A DNA stretch of 64,000 nt, taken from the NCBI GenBank assembly GCA_000165425.1, contig CT868063.1, positions 372,001-436,000 of the forward strand. The letters run 5' to 3'. Numbering within the stretch: the stretch's first letter is position 1; the number at the start of each line of letters is the position of its first letter. Below, piece by piece: positions 1 to 14,611 of this stretch. Origin of the DNA: Paramecium tetraurelia. Its lineage: Eukaryota. Position numbers and translations under genes: made by a program. Below the pieces are notes generated by a model. The model was given only the letters and a program-made list of their open reading frames with translations. It was not told the DNA's origin and did no database searches.

Positions 1-1579
1 TTTTTATGTTTAGATATCTTCAAATTAAAAAGTTTCTTCATGAGACTTTTCGCTTAAGGTTTCTAAAACTTCCTCCTTTGGAACATCTAAATATGTTGGA
101 ACAACCTATCTTTTAACTCCATTATCTCCTGTTAGTTTTCTTGAGTGAACCTTTCCTTTATGTTTTTCATGAGTAACTTGTTTTTTATTACTATTTTGCA
201 CATAATGCTAATTTTGAGTTTCCTCATGTTATTAATGATTATCGGTTTCAATATTTTATTATTAGATTTAAACAGTCTGATGATTTTATTGATTATTTCG
301 TATTTATTTCGTTTTATGAAATTATTGAGTAGAGGGGATATCTGGTAATTCTGATTAACTGGATTATTAAGATTAAGGATTGCTTGTTTCAGATACTGAT
401 TCATGTTATTTTTGTTGTTGTTATTATTATTACTTTTTTCTTGGTTTTGCTCTTCTCTGTGATGATTTTCTCTCTGGAACTTATTCTTTGCTGAAATCCA
501 TTTATTTAGGAGTCACTTCTTCTTTGAAATATACTGGCTCAGTTTTAACTATTTCATCAATTTATTGGAAATGTTCTTCCTGTTATTCTTCATTAATTTC
601 AGTTTGCAATATTGGTGTTGAATGTCTTGATTGCTAGATTTCTTGTATTATTTAATCTGCTAAGAGTTCAAATTTATCATTTATGAATGGAATCTATGGT
701 TCTTCTTTTTTCTAGTAGAACTCATTGTAGTCACTCATTTAAATTTCATAATTGTAAGGAATCTTTATTGTATATGCTTTTTATCTAATCCTATTGACAA
801 TATCTTCGTATTAATCAATCATAGTTTGCATTCTAATAAAATATATTTGCAGTACTTAAGGTCGTAGTTGTATCTATCATCTTTAAGAAAATTCTCCATT
901 TATTTAAGCAGTCGTTATTGAATTAGTTCACTAGTTATAATTTATCTCGAGACAACTTTATTATTACTGATGACAAGTATTTCTGTTGCTTTCATAGATT
1001 TGTCTAACATAATTGGGATTCCTTACACTCAGTACGAATAGTGAACTTATTAGAACATAGAGATTTATTAAGTTATTCTTCATTATTAGTAGATTGGAAT
1101 GACTCCAATTCATATAATGATGAAGGTATTTTACTACTCAAATTAGTTTTGTAAATGTTTTTTTATAGGAATGCATCAACTTTCTTTTTGAAATCAGCAA
1201 CCATCATTTTGGTCTACATTTGGTTGTATTTTGTGTGATTAGGTTCATTATAGCTACTATAGGTCATAGAATGCACATACTCTTAAGGTTTGCTCAATTC
1301 CTTAAACTCGTTAACATTATAAATTGTAGAATGATGATAAAAGTTCTTGCTATCCTCTTTTTTGTGAGACAACGCTTACTTAGAGATTAATCAGCATGTA
1401 TACCAGCTTCTGTTTTACTAAATTCTTTTGAGTTCTAGATGTAACCATTTCCTAAGAGAGACTAAACTATAACTCTCCTTGTACTTGAAAAATTGGCTGC
1501 CTGTAGCATTAAGTGAAGGTAATCTAAGATATCGATAAGGATTGATTCTCAAGTATTCCACGCTAAATTGTTGACTCAT
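1..1579 (-). CDS. Hypothetical Q/E-rich protein; 3' end runs off the window
   Basis: ATG at 1579 (MSQQFSVEYLRINPYRYLRLPSL...); long code-6 reading frame with tiny introns, still open at position 1; no recognisable domain. Confidence 0.7.
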
Positions 1580-2296
1580 TTTATATATTTATTATAACTT
1601 TAATTACATTCATACTTTGAACCTTAAGATTTAAACTTAACTTAATCTCTAAGAAATTATAATTATTTATAGTTTTCGGACTACTCTAAATAAATTTTAT
1701 ATATATAATGAATAAAGAGATTACAAATACAATATTGTTGAACCTTATTGAAATTATTAAGTGATTTCACATGGATAGTTCTTTGTTATATTTTATGGTT
1801 ATCAACTTAAAATTCATTATCATTACTATTATACATGTTTAATTGGAGTAATGATATGGAATTGTTTTTAATTATTTAATAGAAATTTTAACTATTCTAA
1901 TCATATTATAGCACAATTTCCTTGATTTTCATTTAATTCAAATATTGATATAATTTTTTACAAATCATTATTATAGTTCTTCATTAGCAATGGTGTTTTC
2001 ATTTTAATGTAATCTACTTTATAAATTATTCATATTTCTCATACCATTTAGGCAAGTATGAATTATAAATTAAATATTTACAAACTTTAGTCTTTTTTAG
2101 ATACTATTATTACCAAATAAAATGCTGAATGATCATAGATTTATTATAAATTTCAATAAAATAATACATATTGATCCTTCAGTTTTATAGATTGAATAAG
2201 AACTATGGATTCTAATTTAATTATTAGTTTAATTATCTACGTGAGTTGATAGGGAAGTGGAATGAGAATTGCTTACTCATAATTAATTAAATTATT

Positions 2297-2843
2297 ATGA
2301 CAACAATAAATGAAATGAAAGACGCTCTGAAAGAAACTCTGGAATCACGTGGAGTTTTGCCCCAATTAAGGGCGAGAATAAGAGCAGAGATATTCAATGC
2401 TTTGAATGAAGACCCTGAAGATAAGCCTAAGCTCTCAATGGGTATGTTTGGATTTTGAATTAGAAAATATGATAATTAATGATTTAATCAGAGAATACAT
2501 GGAATACAATCATTATAGTTAAACCACAAGTGTATTTAGTTCTGAAGCAGGAATGCCTTAAGAAATGCTTGATAGAGGATTCATTACAAAAAAATTGAAA
2601 ATCGTAGAAGACAATAATTCTAAGTAAACTCCTCTATTATATGGTATATCAAATATTAAGAATTGAATAGGTCTTGTGTTTGGGATGAAGAAGGTGATAA
2701 ATAATTAAGAAGTTCAAAACGAACCTTAGACAGGACCAAAATATCGAAATGTTTATCCTGAATCAGGCCAAGTAGTTGAATCCAATAATGAATATGAGTT
2801 TCAGGGAGGAAGGAGAAACATTTCTGATTAAATTTTTAAATGA
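2297..2843 (+). CDS. FOR20: FOP-related protein of 20 kDa (FOR20/CEP20, TON1/FOP LisH family), basal-body protein
   Basis: MTTINEMKDALKETLESRGVLPQLRARIRAEIFNAL...ENMIINDLIREYMEYNHYSQTTSVF...PLLYGLV gives the TOF, LisH and PLL motifs; two tiny introns. Confidence 0.92.
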
Positions 2844-2889
2844 TAACCTCAATAATAATTAATATTTTTAACTAAAAATTCAAATAAGT

Positions 2890-4363
2890 ATGTCTAAGAA
2901 AGGTATTGATTGGGTGAGTACTTTGAAAAAGTTTGTTGATTCCAAACAATAGAGAACTGCATAAGAAATAGATGATGAAACCGATCAATTGTTTCTTGAT
3001 TATATCGAATAGGCAAGAAAGAAAGTATAATTAACAGTCTAATTTAATAGGAATAAGAAGAAGATCCAAGTTACAAGAAGATACCTAAGTTTTTCTAAAA
3101 GGCCTCAGTTACAAATGAAAATCAATTGAGTTTCAGAGTTAGACAAGAAGCAAGAACAAGGTTTTTGAATCATAAAACTGGAGAAATTTTAGATAAAGAG
3201 GATTTAGAGAAATTATGGACAGAACTTAAAAATAATATATCACCACCAGATGATAAGAAGGAAAGAATTAATTATAATTCATTTTTAACTATTGCTTCAT
3301 TACTACCTATTAAATGCAGACATTTTTTTAGTGCATCTACTTTTTTAAAATTTGACAGAGATGAATATGGAAGGATAGACATTGTTGCATTCTTTCATTC
3401 AATAGTTAGGAAAGTCAACCTATTTCAAACTAGAATATAAATAAGCTTGTATGATTCCATTGGGTATGTATTATTATTTAGTATTTTCTAGAAATGGATA
3501 TTTACGAGAAAAAGACCTTGAGAATTATATCTTTGAATTAATTCCTACATTTCCTTAGTTAGAGAAATTAGATGTAAATTAAACTCTTAATTTTAGTAAA
3601 ACTTTTATCCCTTTTATGTGATCACAGCAGTCAGAAAGTTCTTCTTCTTTTTGGATTCTAAAAGAACAGGTAGAATATACATTAAGGACATGTTAACATC
3701 CCCGATCTTGGCTGAACTATATGAATTGAGACAGGAGAAGTTGACCCTAGAGGAATTAGGTCAGAATTGGTTTTCTAAGCAATCTGCCTTAAAAGTCTAT
3801 GAGAGATATTTGAAATTGGATAATGATCACAATGGTTTATTGTCAAAATAAGAACTGTCCAAGTATTCGTGGGGATTAACAGATATATTCATTGATAGAG
3901 TATTCGAAGAATATCAAACATTCGAAGGAGAGATGGATTATAAAACATTCTTAGGTATTAGTCATTCTTCATGGAATAGATTTTGTACTTGCTATGGAAA
4001 ATAAAAAGAGTTAATAAGCAATATAGTACTTCTGGAGGATCTTAAATGTTTATCATAAACCAGCTATTGATTCTTTTGTCATCAACATGTTTTTCAGGCC
4101 TATTATTTAGAAATTGGAGCATAAAGTAGATGTTTAATCTATTATCTAAGGATAAATTTGGTTTTAATGTTGAAGATGTTAAGGATGAAATATTCGATAT
4201 GGCTAAACCAGCCATTTCAACTGCTATCACATTGACTGATTTATAGAATTGTGGATAAGGAGACATCATAATTAGTATGTTGATAGATGCTAAAGCATTT
4301 TATGAATACGATCAAAGAGAAAGTGGTTAATTACTTGAAGTTGATGACTATGAAGAATTTTGA
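2890..4363 (+). CDS. PPP2R3C: PP2A regulatory subunit B'' gamma (PPP2R3C/TON2-FASS/RSA-1 type)
   Basis: QTRIQISLYD...GYLREKDLENYIFELIP...FYPFYVITAVRKFFFFLD...NWFS...EF-hand DNDHNGLLSK; several introns. Confidence 0.93.
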
Positions 4364-4851
4364 TTATTTATTAGATAATTTTAATTCAAATCAATTTTTA
4401 ATATTAATTTATAAAATTAATATCTTTGTTGTTATTTTGTAATTATTACAGGTAATGCTCACAATAAAAATAATTAGTTTTTTAATATCTTTAATCAAAT
4501 ATGCTTTAATAGAGTATCTAAATTGAATTATCAAAAATACTGTTAGCCAAGATGTCTATAATTTTGCAATATTTAATTACATTATTTCATCATACGAAAG
4601 AAACACTTGGATAATTAATCTCAAATGTCTTTTCAGAAAATTCTGAATATCTGAATTTGATTATTAAAATAAAAATTAATAATTAGAATCTGTCACTAAC
4701 GGAGGATATGATACTAAGAAATAGTCAGATATCCGCAGATCTAGATATATTATAAGAATTTAGGGAATTCGTGATTATAAATTATTAATCAAAATACATT
4801 CATTATTTTATTATTCAAAATAAGATTACATATATTACTATTAATAATTTG

Positions 4852-5091
4852 ATGGATACAAAAAAATATAGTATAATGAAAGGTTCAAAAAACGGATAAG
4901 CAATTCAAAGATAAGATAAATTTAAAACAAATATTACAAAAGGATCAAAAAAACATAGAATTTCTTTTATTGATGAGATTGATAAATAACACTCTCTTGT
5001 CTAAATCCACGAAGTAGAAAATTGGAAAATTTATAATATTGAAGCACCAGTTGATGAAGTTAAATAATCATGCGGGTGTATAATCATTTGA
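4852..5091 (+). CDS. 79-aa protein with an RVxF-like motif (KHRISF) and C-terminal CaaX box (SCGCIII*)
   Basis: Intronless 240-nt code-6 ORF MDTKKYSIMKGSK...KKHRISFIDEI...VENWKIYN...SCGCIII-TGA. Confidence 0.75.
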
Positions 5092-5577
5092 AGTTATATC
5101 ATAAATTCACTTCCACATTTCTCATTAAACCTAATAATAGCAACAAAGTTGTTATTCAATAGTATAATCTTAGTTGGAAATTCTCTAAATCTAAATGAGT
5201 GAGTAATCAGTTCATTCATAACATTTAAGCCAAGCTTTTACCACTCAAGACAATCCTGCATGTTATAATTTTTAGAAAAATAAAATATATATACATCTCT
5301 CTCGTTTTTTTTATGAAAATTTTAGAAACATACACACTATGTTATATATTTACATTGTTCTAAGTATTTGTAATTACTTGTTCCCTCCTAAGCTGTTTTA
5401 TAGATTAGTTTAAAAATAAGAGGAATTAAAATAATTTATAAATGAGAATTATATAAAATAAATAATGCATTTTTCAAATCTGATATATTATGTAAGAGAT
5501 TTATCTTACTTCCGCTCTCATATCAATTTAATTAATATTACTCAATAATATTTACTTAAACAAAATTTATAATATAA

Positions 5578-7132
<1,555 letters not shown>

Positions 7133-7171
7133 ATATTATTTAATTTTTGAGATTAGGATAATTTAATTAAA

Positions 7172-7957
7172 ATGAGTAGAGGAAGTCAAGGTCATGAATT
7201 CTATATCACACTCTTTTCCCCTGAAGGTAGATTGTACTAGGTTGAATATGCCTTCAAAGCCGTGAAGACAAGTGGATTGACATCAATAGGAGTCAAAGGC
7301 ACTGATACAGTTTGTTTGATCACAGAAAAAAGAGTGCCAGATAAATTAATTGACGAGAAGTCTGTCACAAATCTATTCAATGTTTCAGAGAAGATTGGTG
7401 CTTTGACTACAGGCATTCCATCAGATGCAAGAGCTCTTGTTACTAGAATGAGATATGAAGCAGGAGAATTCAGATTAAAAAATGGTATTATCATTATTCA
7501 TGCTTTTAGGTTACTATTGTCCTGTTGATGTTCTGTCAAAGAGAATGGCTGATTTAGCATAAACCAATACTCAATATTATTAAATGAGATCATATGGTGT
7601 TGAGACTATCTTGTGTTAATATGATGATGAATTGGGTCCATTGTTATACAAACTCGACCCATCTGGACATTACAGTGGATACAAGGCAACTGCTAGTGGA
7701 GTCAAAGAACAAGAAGCAATCAATTACTTGGAAAAACAAATCAAAAAAAAAGCAGATTTAAATTATGATGAAACCATTATGCTTGCTATATAAACATTAT
7801 AAAATGTAGACTCTTCTTTTATATCTAGGTAATTTCATAAGACTTTAAACCAACTGACATTGAAGTCGGAATCGTGACTAAATAAGACAAGAAGTTCCAT
7901 AAATTAACAAACGAACAAGTTGATCATTATTTGAATTTAATAGCAAATAGAGATTGA
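7172..7957 (+). CDS. PSMA6: 20S proteasome subunit alpha-1 (alpha type-6)
   Basis: [29 protein letters not shown]...EKRVPDKL...GYKATASGVKEQEAINYLEK. Confidence 0.95.
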
Positions 7958-8421
7958 AAAAAATCTATTAAATAGTATTCCATAAATTAATATATTAATG
8001 TTAATTAGTCATTTTCATAGAGTTTCTTATTTCAAATTTCTTCCTTATGTCGATTTTACAATATTAAAATTTATTATTAATCTAGTATAAACCAAACTTG
8101 ATGAATATAAAAGTCTTCTAAAATTTTATCCTTCTATTTATGCTTTTCTCATTGATTATCTGGGTTTCCTCATTGATTATCTTGCTTTCCTCACCATGAA
8201 AAAATGAATTACACATTCCTCATTAAAGTATGTTTATCAAATATCATATAATTTGAATCAGAAGAATAACTTATATATTTAAATGAAGTCGATTTTTATA
8301 ATTTAAATCTTTTCTCCATTATCCATATGGAACATTCTTAGCCTATTAATAATGCTTCATAATTATTTGAGAGAAAGATTACAATAATAATTTGGATATC
8401 ATAAATAATTTACATAAATAT

Positions 8422-9811
8422 ATGATCGATTATCTTAGAAGAGATGAGTGTATTGATCCAGGATGTATATTTAAATTATAATTAGCTGATAAAATTATAA
8501 TAGGGAATAAAATAGAGAGGAAGATTTTTGAGAAAATAAAGATGCATCCATTAGAATATGAATGTCTAAAAAATTTAAAACTAATTTTATCTTAAATGCC
8601 TCCATTACGTTTACCAAAATAGTATGTCAATCCATTTAATAATTAACTAGCTGGTAGGATTCTGACTATTTGAGAGTTTTGGCTTTCCATGATTATGACA
8701 TTGCTAAATCTGCTTAGGTTGAAAAAATAGATTATATAATAGGGACTAGTATTGCATTTAAGTTGGGTACACAGAATTGATTTATCAATCCAGCCGAATG
8801 AATTACTTGTAAATTTCATTTAGATTAGTTAGCTCAATGGAGTTTTGTACGTAAATGGATTTGATAAAGGCTTTAGACCAGTAATAATTATCAATTTACA
8901 AAAAGCACTAGAAGTATTATTAATAACATAAATACTTAGTACACTCTCCTTTAATTTTAATAAGCATTTGACTTTCTCCTTTGCTTAATAATTAGGGATG
9001 TTTTAATTTCATTTTATATTGAATCAGTTGTAATTATGATTGATGTTAATACTCATCATCTTAAAATTTCAAATAGTTTTTCAGCGGCATTATTGAATTA
9101 CATTAAAAGTTCTCAGCTTAACTTTTATGGAAGAATACATAAAATATATATATTGCATGAAATCACCAAAGATATATTTTATCCTTACTTAAATGTTTTA
9201 AAACCTGAGTTCGAAGAGAAAACGATTGTCTTAGAAAAGAAGGATATCATTTAACTATAAAAATAAATAGATCCACAATAGCTTGAATAAAAATTTCTAG
9301 GATTTTCTAAAAATTTATAAAATAACTTTTGGTATAACCATAAATTTAATTATAGGCCACCTAAAAATCCTACAAAAAGTGCTGAAAATAATGTTTTAAA
9401 AATTTAAGTTGATGATAGTCAATCTAAATCTAATAACATAGTATCAATTTACAAAAATGAGAGCAACCAGAGCAGTTAATTTACACTTTAAGTCTATAAT
9501 GAAGAAAATGAAATTATATCTTCAGAAATTCATCAATTTTAAGGTGATGAGTCGGTTTCAGAACTTCCAGAATACGTAAATCTATCATTTAAACATAGTA
9601 TCCTGATTCAATTTTATTTGCTGAAAACTCAGGATAAGTCTCAATGGAATGTGTTTTGTAGGAGCTTACTTCTTCCTATAAAGCACTTAGCAGTATCTAA
9701 AAAGAAAAAGATAGTCAATTGTTTTTAGAATAGCGTGAAAATACTAATTAATAAACTTATAAAGGCATCATAAAACCTAATTGCAATATGGAAAGTTGTT
9801 AATTAATGTGA
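8422..9811 (+). CDS. CRAL-TRIO/Sec14-like lipid-binding protein with C-terminal CaaX (CNMESCQLM*)
   Basis: WQDSDYLRVLAFHDYDI, GVLYVNGFDKGFRPVIII, VVIMIDV, IDPQQLEQKF motifs; several introns, start uncertain. Confidence 0.7.
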
Positions 9812-10475
9812 TTTTATATTGAATTTTAACTTAATGAACTAATATTTAAATCAATATCTTAAATATAATTCATAGTCTATTTATTATAAATGTAGAATAA
9901 TCAATTTCAATTCAAAAAGTAATAAAATTGTAAAAAGGTGATTTATTCCTTTATTTTAGACTTATATAATTCAACAAATTATTCAGACTACTTAATTCGA
10001 AGATATGTGTATATTGTTATTATAAGTTACTACCTTAATAACTATATTTATTATTTGGTTCTTTTTCTTAAATTATAGAAAATTTCTTTTTGATAAAATT
10101 AATTATATTCCTTAATTATTAACGTTGGAAGTAATAAATTGATATAACTATTGTTCGAATTTTGTAAATGATAGCTCGAATATGGATATTCATTCAAAAA
10201 GCATATTATTATTTAAATGTTGTATAATAAAATTTTACATAATGTATTAATATATCATTACTATTCCTAAAAACTTTAAATTAACTTATTTTCAATTCAA
10301 TAAATATTAAGTATTTTATAATTTAGTTCAGCAATTACATCAACATTAATAACTATACTTATTAATTGATGAAAATGTCATGATGAAATTATTAATATGT
10401 GTAACTTGATTTGAGTTCAAATTATATGATTTATTGAACTAAAATGCAGGCTTTAAAGATTAAATTGAAAATGGA

Positions 10476-11521
10476 ATGCATAGAGAGATCCTTAGGTTTC
10501 AATTAATAATAATTACGGCGTATTCAATTTTTATTTTATGAATAAGAATATGTAAATTGTTATTAGTAGCATTTTTGCTATTTGCGGACTTATTGCTTCA
10601 CAAAAATTCCTTAGAAGATTCCGAAGATATATAGATTTAGTATTTTATGGAAGAGTAAATACATTTCCTCTCACTTTGAGCGAATCTAAAGAATTTTTAT
10701 TAGAAAACCCATAATCAAAATATTTATACCTAACTGGACATATTCTGCCAGCAGATTAATAATAGACAAGGTTTCTTCAACTTTAATGTGGTACTAAAGA
10801 TAATTTGGAATTTAAAGTAAATGAATTTTAATTGCTAGATATTCAACATAAGTATAATTATAAAATATCAAAAAGCGAAAGAAAGAATATTAAAATAAAT
10901 GGTGACAGCATTTTGCTACGTGGATTATTCGACTATTCAAAATCTTACTTATATTAATAGGAAAACATGTCATTCATAAAAAAAGTAAATTGATTTCAAA
11001 TTTAGATTTTAAATAAAATACCTATCCTAAATAAAAAATCTAGAATAGTTGAAACTCATAAAGGAGTTTAATTTGGATAGTTCACAACTATGTTATGTGA
11101 AAAAAATGGAGATAATTTCAATTTATTGTATCTCTCCAATTATAATTACAACAATATATACAATCAGATTCACAAAGATATGTTTAATGCTGCCACTGTA
11201 GCATAGCTTTTATTTATTCTAGTAAGCTTTTCATAATTGATATATTTAATTATTTAAAAGCTGTAATAGAAAAATGATGAAATTTAGCCTTTAGATCAAC
11301 TAGGTCCACCCGTATTTAAAAATTCTATTAGTGTTGTTCTAAACAGTCAAAATGACTAGGACATATGTGTTATATGTCTAACAAGAACGAGAAGTGTAAT
11401 ACTGGAACCTTGTCTTCATTTTATTTTATGCTAAGATTGTGTGAATCAGTTAGATAAAGATATCTGCCCATTTTGTAGGATTAAAATAGAAAAAAAAATA
11501 AAGGTTCTATATAATGAATGA
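10476..11521 (+). CDS. Membrane-anchored C3HC4 RING E3 ligase (TM - spacer - TM - RING; MUL1/SP1-like layout)
   Basis: N-terminal hydrophobic stretch, second TM AATVAQLLFILVSF, C-terminal CVICLTRTRSVILEPCLHFILCQDCV...CPFCR; start approximate. Confidence 0.75.
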
Positions 11522-11537
11522 CAAATATATATTAAAA

Positions 11538-13610
11538 TCATTATCTAAGTTTATCGCTAAATTTAGAATGAGTCGTATAAAATGTTTACATCAATCCCTC
11601 ACTTAATGATTTAGTTATTTTCTTCAATCCTAAAATCTAGTATTCTATCTTACCATCCTAATTAGATTAATAAAAGTTCATAGCCGTTCTACCTGTTTGT
11701 GCAACAAGTCTTTCTCTTGGCATTTTATACCTTTATATTAGAATTAATCAATTTACATTTATTCTAAGGATCCTTTATAAGCTTTGGTCTCTAGTTATCT
11801 CTTTTGCTACTTGACTGGAGGGAAGTAGGTAGTTTTACCTCCTATTTACTTACCCCATTCCTTTTGATTTAATAACTATTAATTAAAAATATCGATGGGA
11901 TTCCTATTTGTATTAGAATTAAATATACTTTGAAACTCCATCTGGAATTTATGGCAGAGGAAGTTCTTACTTAGATGATTTAGGTGTATCTGGTAATCCA
12001 GTTACTATCAAATTTTCTATCATTCTAACATTTTTTAATTGAATTCTCTCTGTTTAAGACGCTTATTAGGAAGGTACTTCTTTTCTTAAAGGCTATAATA
12101 CATTAGATCCAGTGTTGAATTAAACTTATTTGCCATCCAAGGGGAACTCAGTTTTTCCAATTTCACCTAACTTTTTTTTTAATAAAATTGATTATTGAGT
12201 AGTTTATTATTCATGATCAGGGACATGAATAGTTTCATTAGGCATAAACTAAGATTTGGCTGCTTATAATGTTTGGGCATCTGTTATCAGTTAATACTCA
12301 GCTCTAGTTAATCTGATTTAGGAGGCAAATTATTAAGCATCATCTCCTGAGAGTAGATTCGAGCCTGATAATTTGATTTATAAATGTTCTGCAGAATCAC
12401 TAATTTAATGTTTTACTCCTTCCTTCATTTTATGCTCAAAGTACAACTTAACTCCATTATTCATTGTGAAGACTTCATAAGGAAATTGAGATGTTTTATC
12501 AATTCTTAAAGCTTTATCTCCTATCACTTCTTTTGTGGCATCTTTGCGTTCTTATAAAACCTTATGTGTTAAAAATATACTCTATTTGGTATCTCCTATT
12601 CAGGACATTAGGGCTTATTCAATTTGATTGAGTCTCTCTTTCCTCCCTTTTTTATGGGTTATTATTATTGGTCAGGCTTTGTAGGTTCTTTAAATTCAAC
12701 TTTCAATTTTTGATTGGTAGGTTACAGTTTGTCCATTTTAACAGCTCTAGCTAAAAGTATTTTTCCATCAAAATCATAAGTATACTTTTGCGTTCCTCCA
12801 TCCTTTTTTTCAATCTCAGATTACAAATATGTATTACCTAACTTTGTAATTTATCTTCTTTTTTTTTTTATTCAATTTCATTCTTCTTTTTCATTTCATA
12901 TAATTTAGCATTTCTTAACTTTTCTTCATATTCATCTTCATATTCTTCTTAAAATAATTATATTATTTTAGATTCAATCTAATTTTATGGTTAAGGAGTT
13001 GTAGGGAGTCTAACAATAGTTTTCTTGGTATCATAGAGTCTAGATTTAGATATTACTCTATTGGGATCAGTTGTTAATTTCTCATCAATCTATTCATTTT
13101 CATGATTTTCTTGATCTATTTGATTTAGTATGATATAAATACCAATCATCATCTAAATTCTGTTTCTTCTCCATCTATCGCAAAATATAGGTTCCTTTTT
13201 ATAGATTAAATAAATACTGGTTCTTGGTCTTCGATTAAATCACAAGATTCAACTTCAATTCCTCCATCATTTAATTTAGCATTCAACAACAGCTTAGTTT
13301 CAGCTTCAATTTCACTAATAGCATTAATTGGAATATTTCTGAGGATAAACTTATTTAATAATTGTGAGTCTTACTCTCTCTTATGCTTCAGCTATAGAGT
13401 TTTTTATTATGAGATTTGATAGCTAGCGACCAATTTAAAGCGATTATGCAAAAGTACCATAATTTTATATAACCCCTGGGATTTCACCATAAACCTTGAA
13501 GTCACAAGAGAATTTACTTGATCAATGTTAAAAAAGAAGGTCAGATGCTCATCCTCTGAAAATTCAATCATTTCTTTTTCTGATAGATCATCTGCCACAC
13601 TAGCACTCAT
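11538..13610 (-). CDS. Hypothetical ciliate protein (coiled-coil/low complexity)
   Basis: MSASVADDLSEKEMIEF... to ...FSDKLRQ-TGA; code-6 reading frames joined by several introns; internal structure not fully traced. Confidence 0.65.
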
Positions 13611-13661
13611 TATAATAAATAATTATGACAATAATAATTGTATTTATATGTATGCTTATAC

Positions 13662-14532
13662 TCAAATCCAATGGATAAAGTGGGCATCCTTGTGGTATGG
13701 GTCTGCTAATCTTTCCAAGGGTTGATTGAATGTACCATCCTGTTTAATTATAAATAAGGAATACCCAATGTGCAATGTGAGTGGGACGACCATGCCACCT
13801 TTTAAGAATATGTAAACACCAATTTGTATCATTGTATAATAAATGAGCTGGTTATCTGGCTCTCCATGCAAGAGATTCTGAAATTCTATTCTAAAAGGTT
13901 GGCATTTCCAAGAAGTGTAATGCACTGCAAACATTGTGATATTGATTGATATCTTTGCTATAAGATATTTGTTATGATTTACTTAGAAAATCTATCACGT
14001 GCTGTAGATATCACCATTTTTCCATGATATGGAAGAATTGAAGTAAAGTGATCACTTAATTTGGCCAAGAAGATCCACATAACAAAAACTCTTGCATAAA
14101 AATTACGTAGTGGTAACTAATTTCAAATTTTTTATACTTCTCTCAAAACCAAATATCCCAAACCGAATCCTGACAACCATTTAGTAATTGTCCATTCTCT
14201 CCAATAAGTGTGATTGGGTTTGATGAAAATGTATTTGTTAACAAACTCTTCGCATGTATATTATTAAAATGGTCTGGACAACTATGAGATTTTAATATTC
14301 ATAATTACTTTAGCCAAATCCTTCTTATATTTTTCACTTGCAGATAAGAAGAATTCCTTTTTACTCCTATTGAAGACAGGGGAAAAGTTTTCATCATCAA
14401 AATCCAATGATTTCAATTCAATGTTGGCAATCATTCTGTCATCATATGCATCCTTTTTAATTTGTAATAATAATCTACTTATTCCTCTTGTGTTGGATGC
14501 CACAATTTTGCTTTTCCTTATACAATAGGCAT
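13662..14532 (-). CDS. Conserved-looking W/H-rich membrane protein, possibly a supernumerary mitochondrial respiratory-complex subunit
   Basis: MPIVQGKAKLWHP...WLSGFGLGYLVLRELPLRNFYARVFVMWIF...HWDGTFNQPLERLADPYHKDAHFIHWI*; C-ending codon bias suggests high expression; the function is a guess. Confidence 0.6.
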
Positions 14533-14611
14533 AAATAAATTATTAATAAATAATTATATGATTTCTCCAAAATAAATCAAGTCAATATAAGTATATATAA
14601 CACTCATACAA

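Noticed and set aside
1700..2250. Hydrophobic ORF fragments upstream of FOR20
   Set aside because: Broken by TGA in the frames examined; indistinguishable from AT-rich spacer or an old remnant
4686..4745. Imperfect hairpin containing ATGA...AA...GA (SECIS-like)
   Set aside because: The upper stem is too short, and the upstream gene has no in-frame TGA needing recoding
8140..8195. Short direct repeat (ctcattgattatct x2)
   Set aside because: Two ~21-nt copies only; no supportable function
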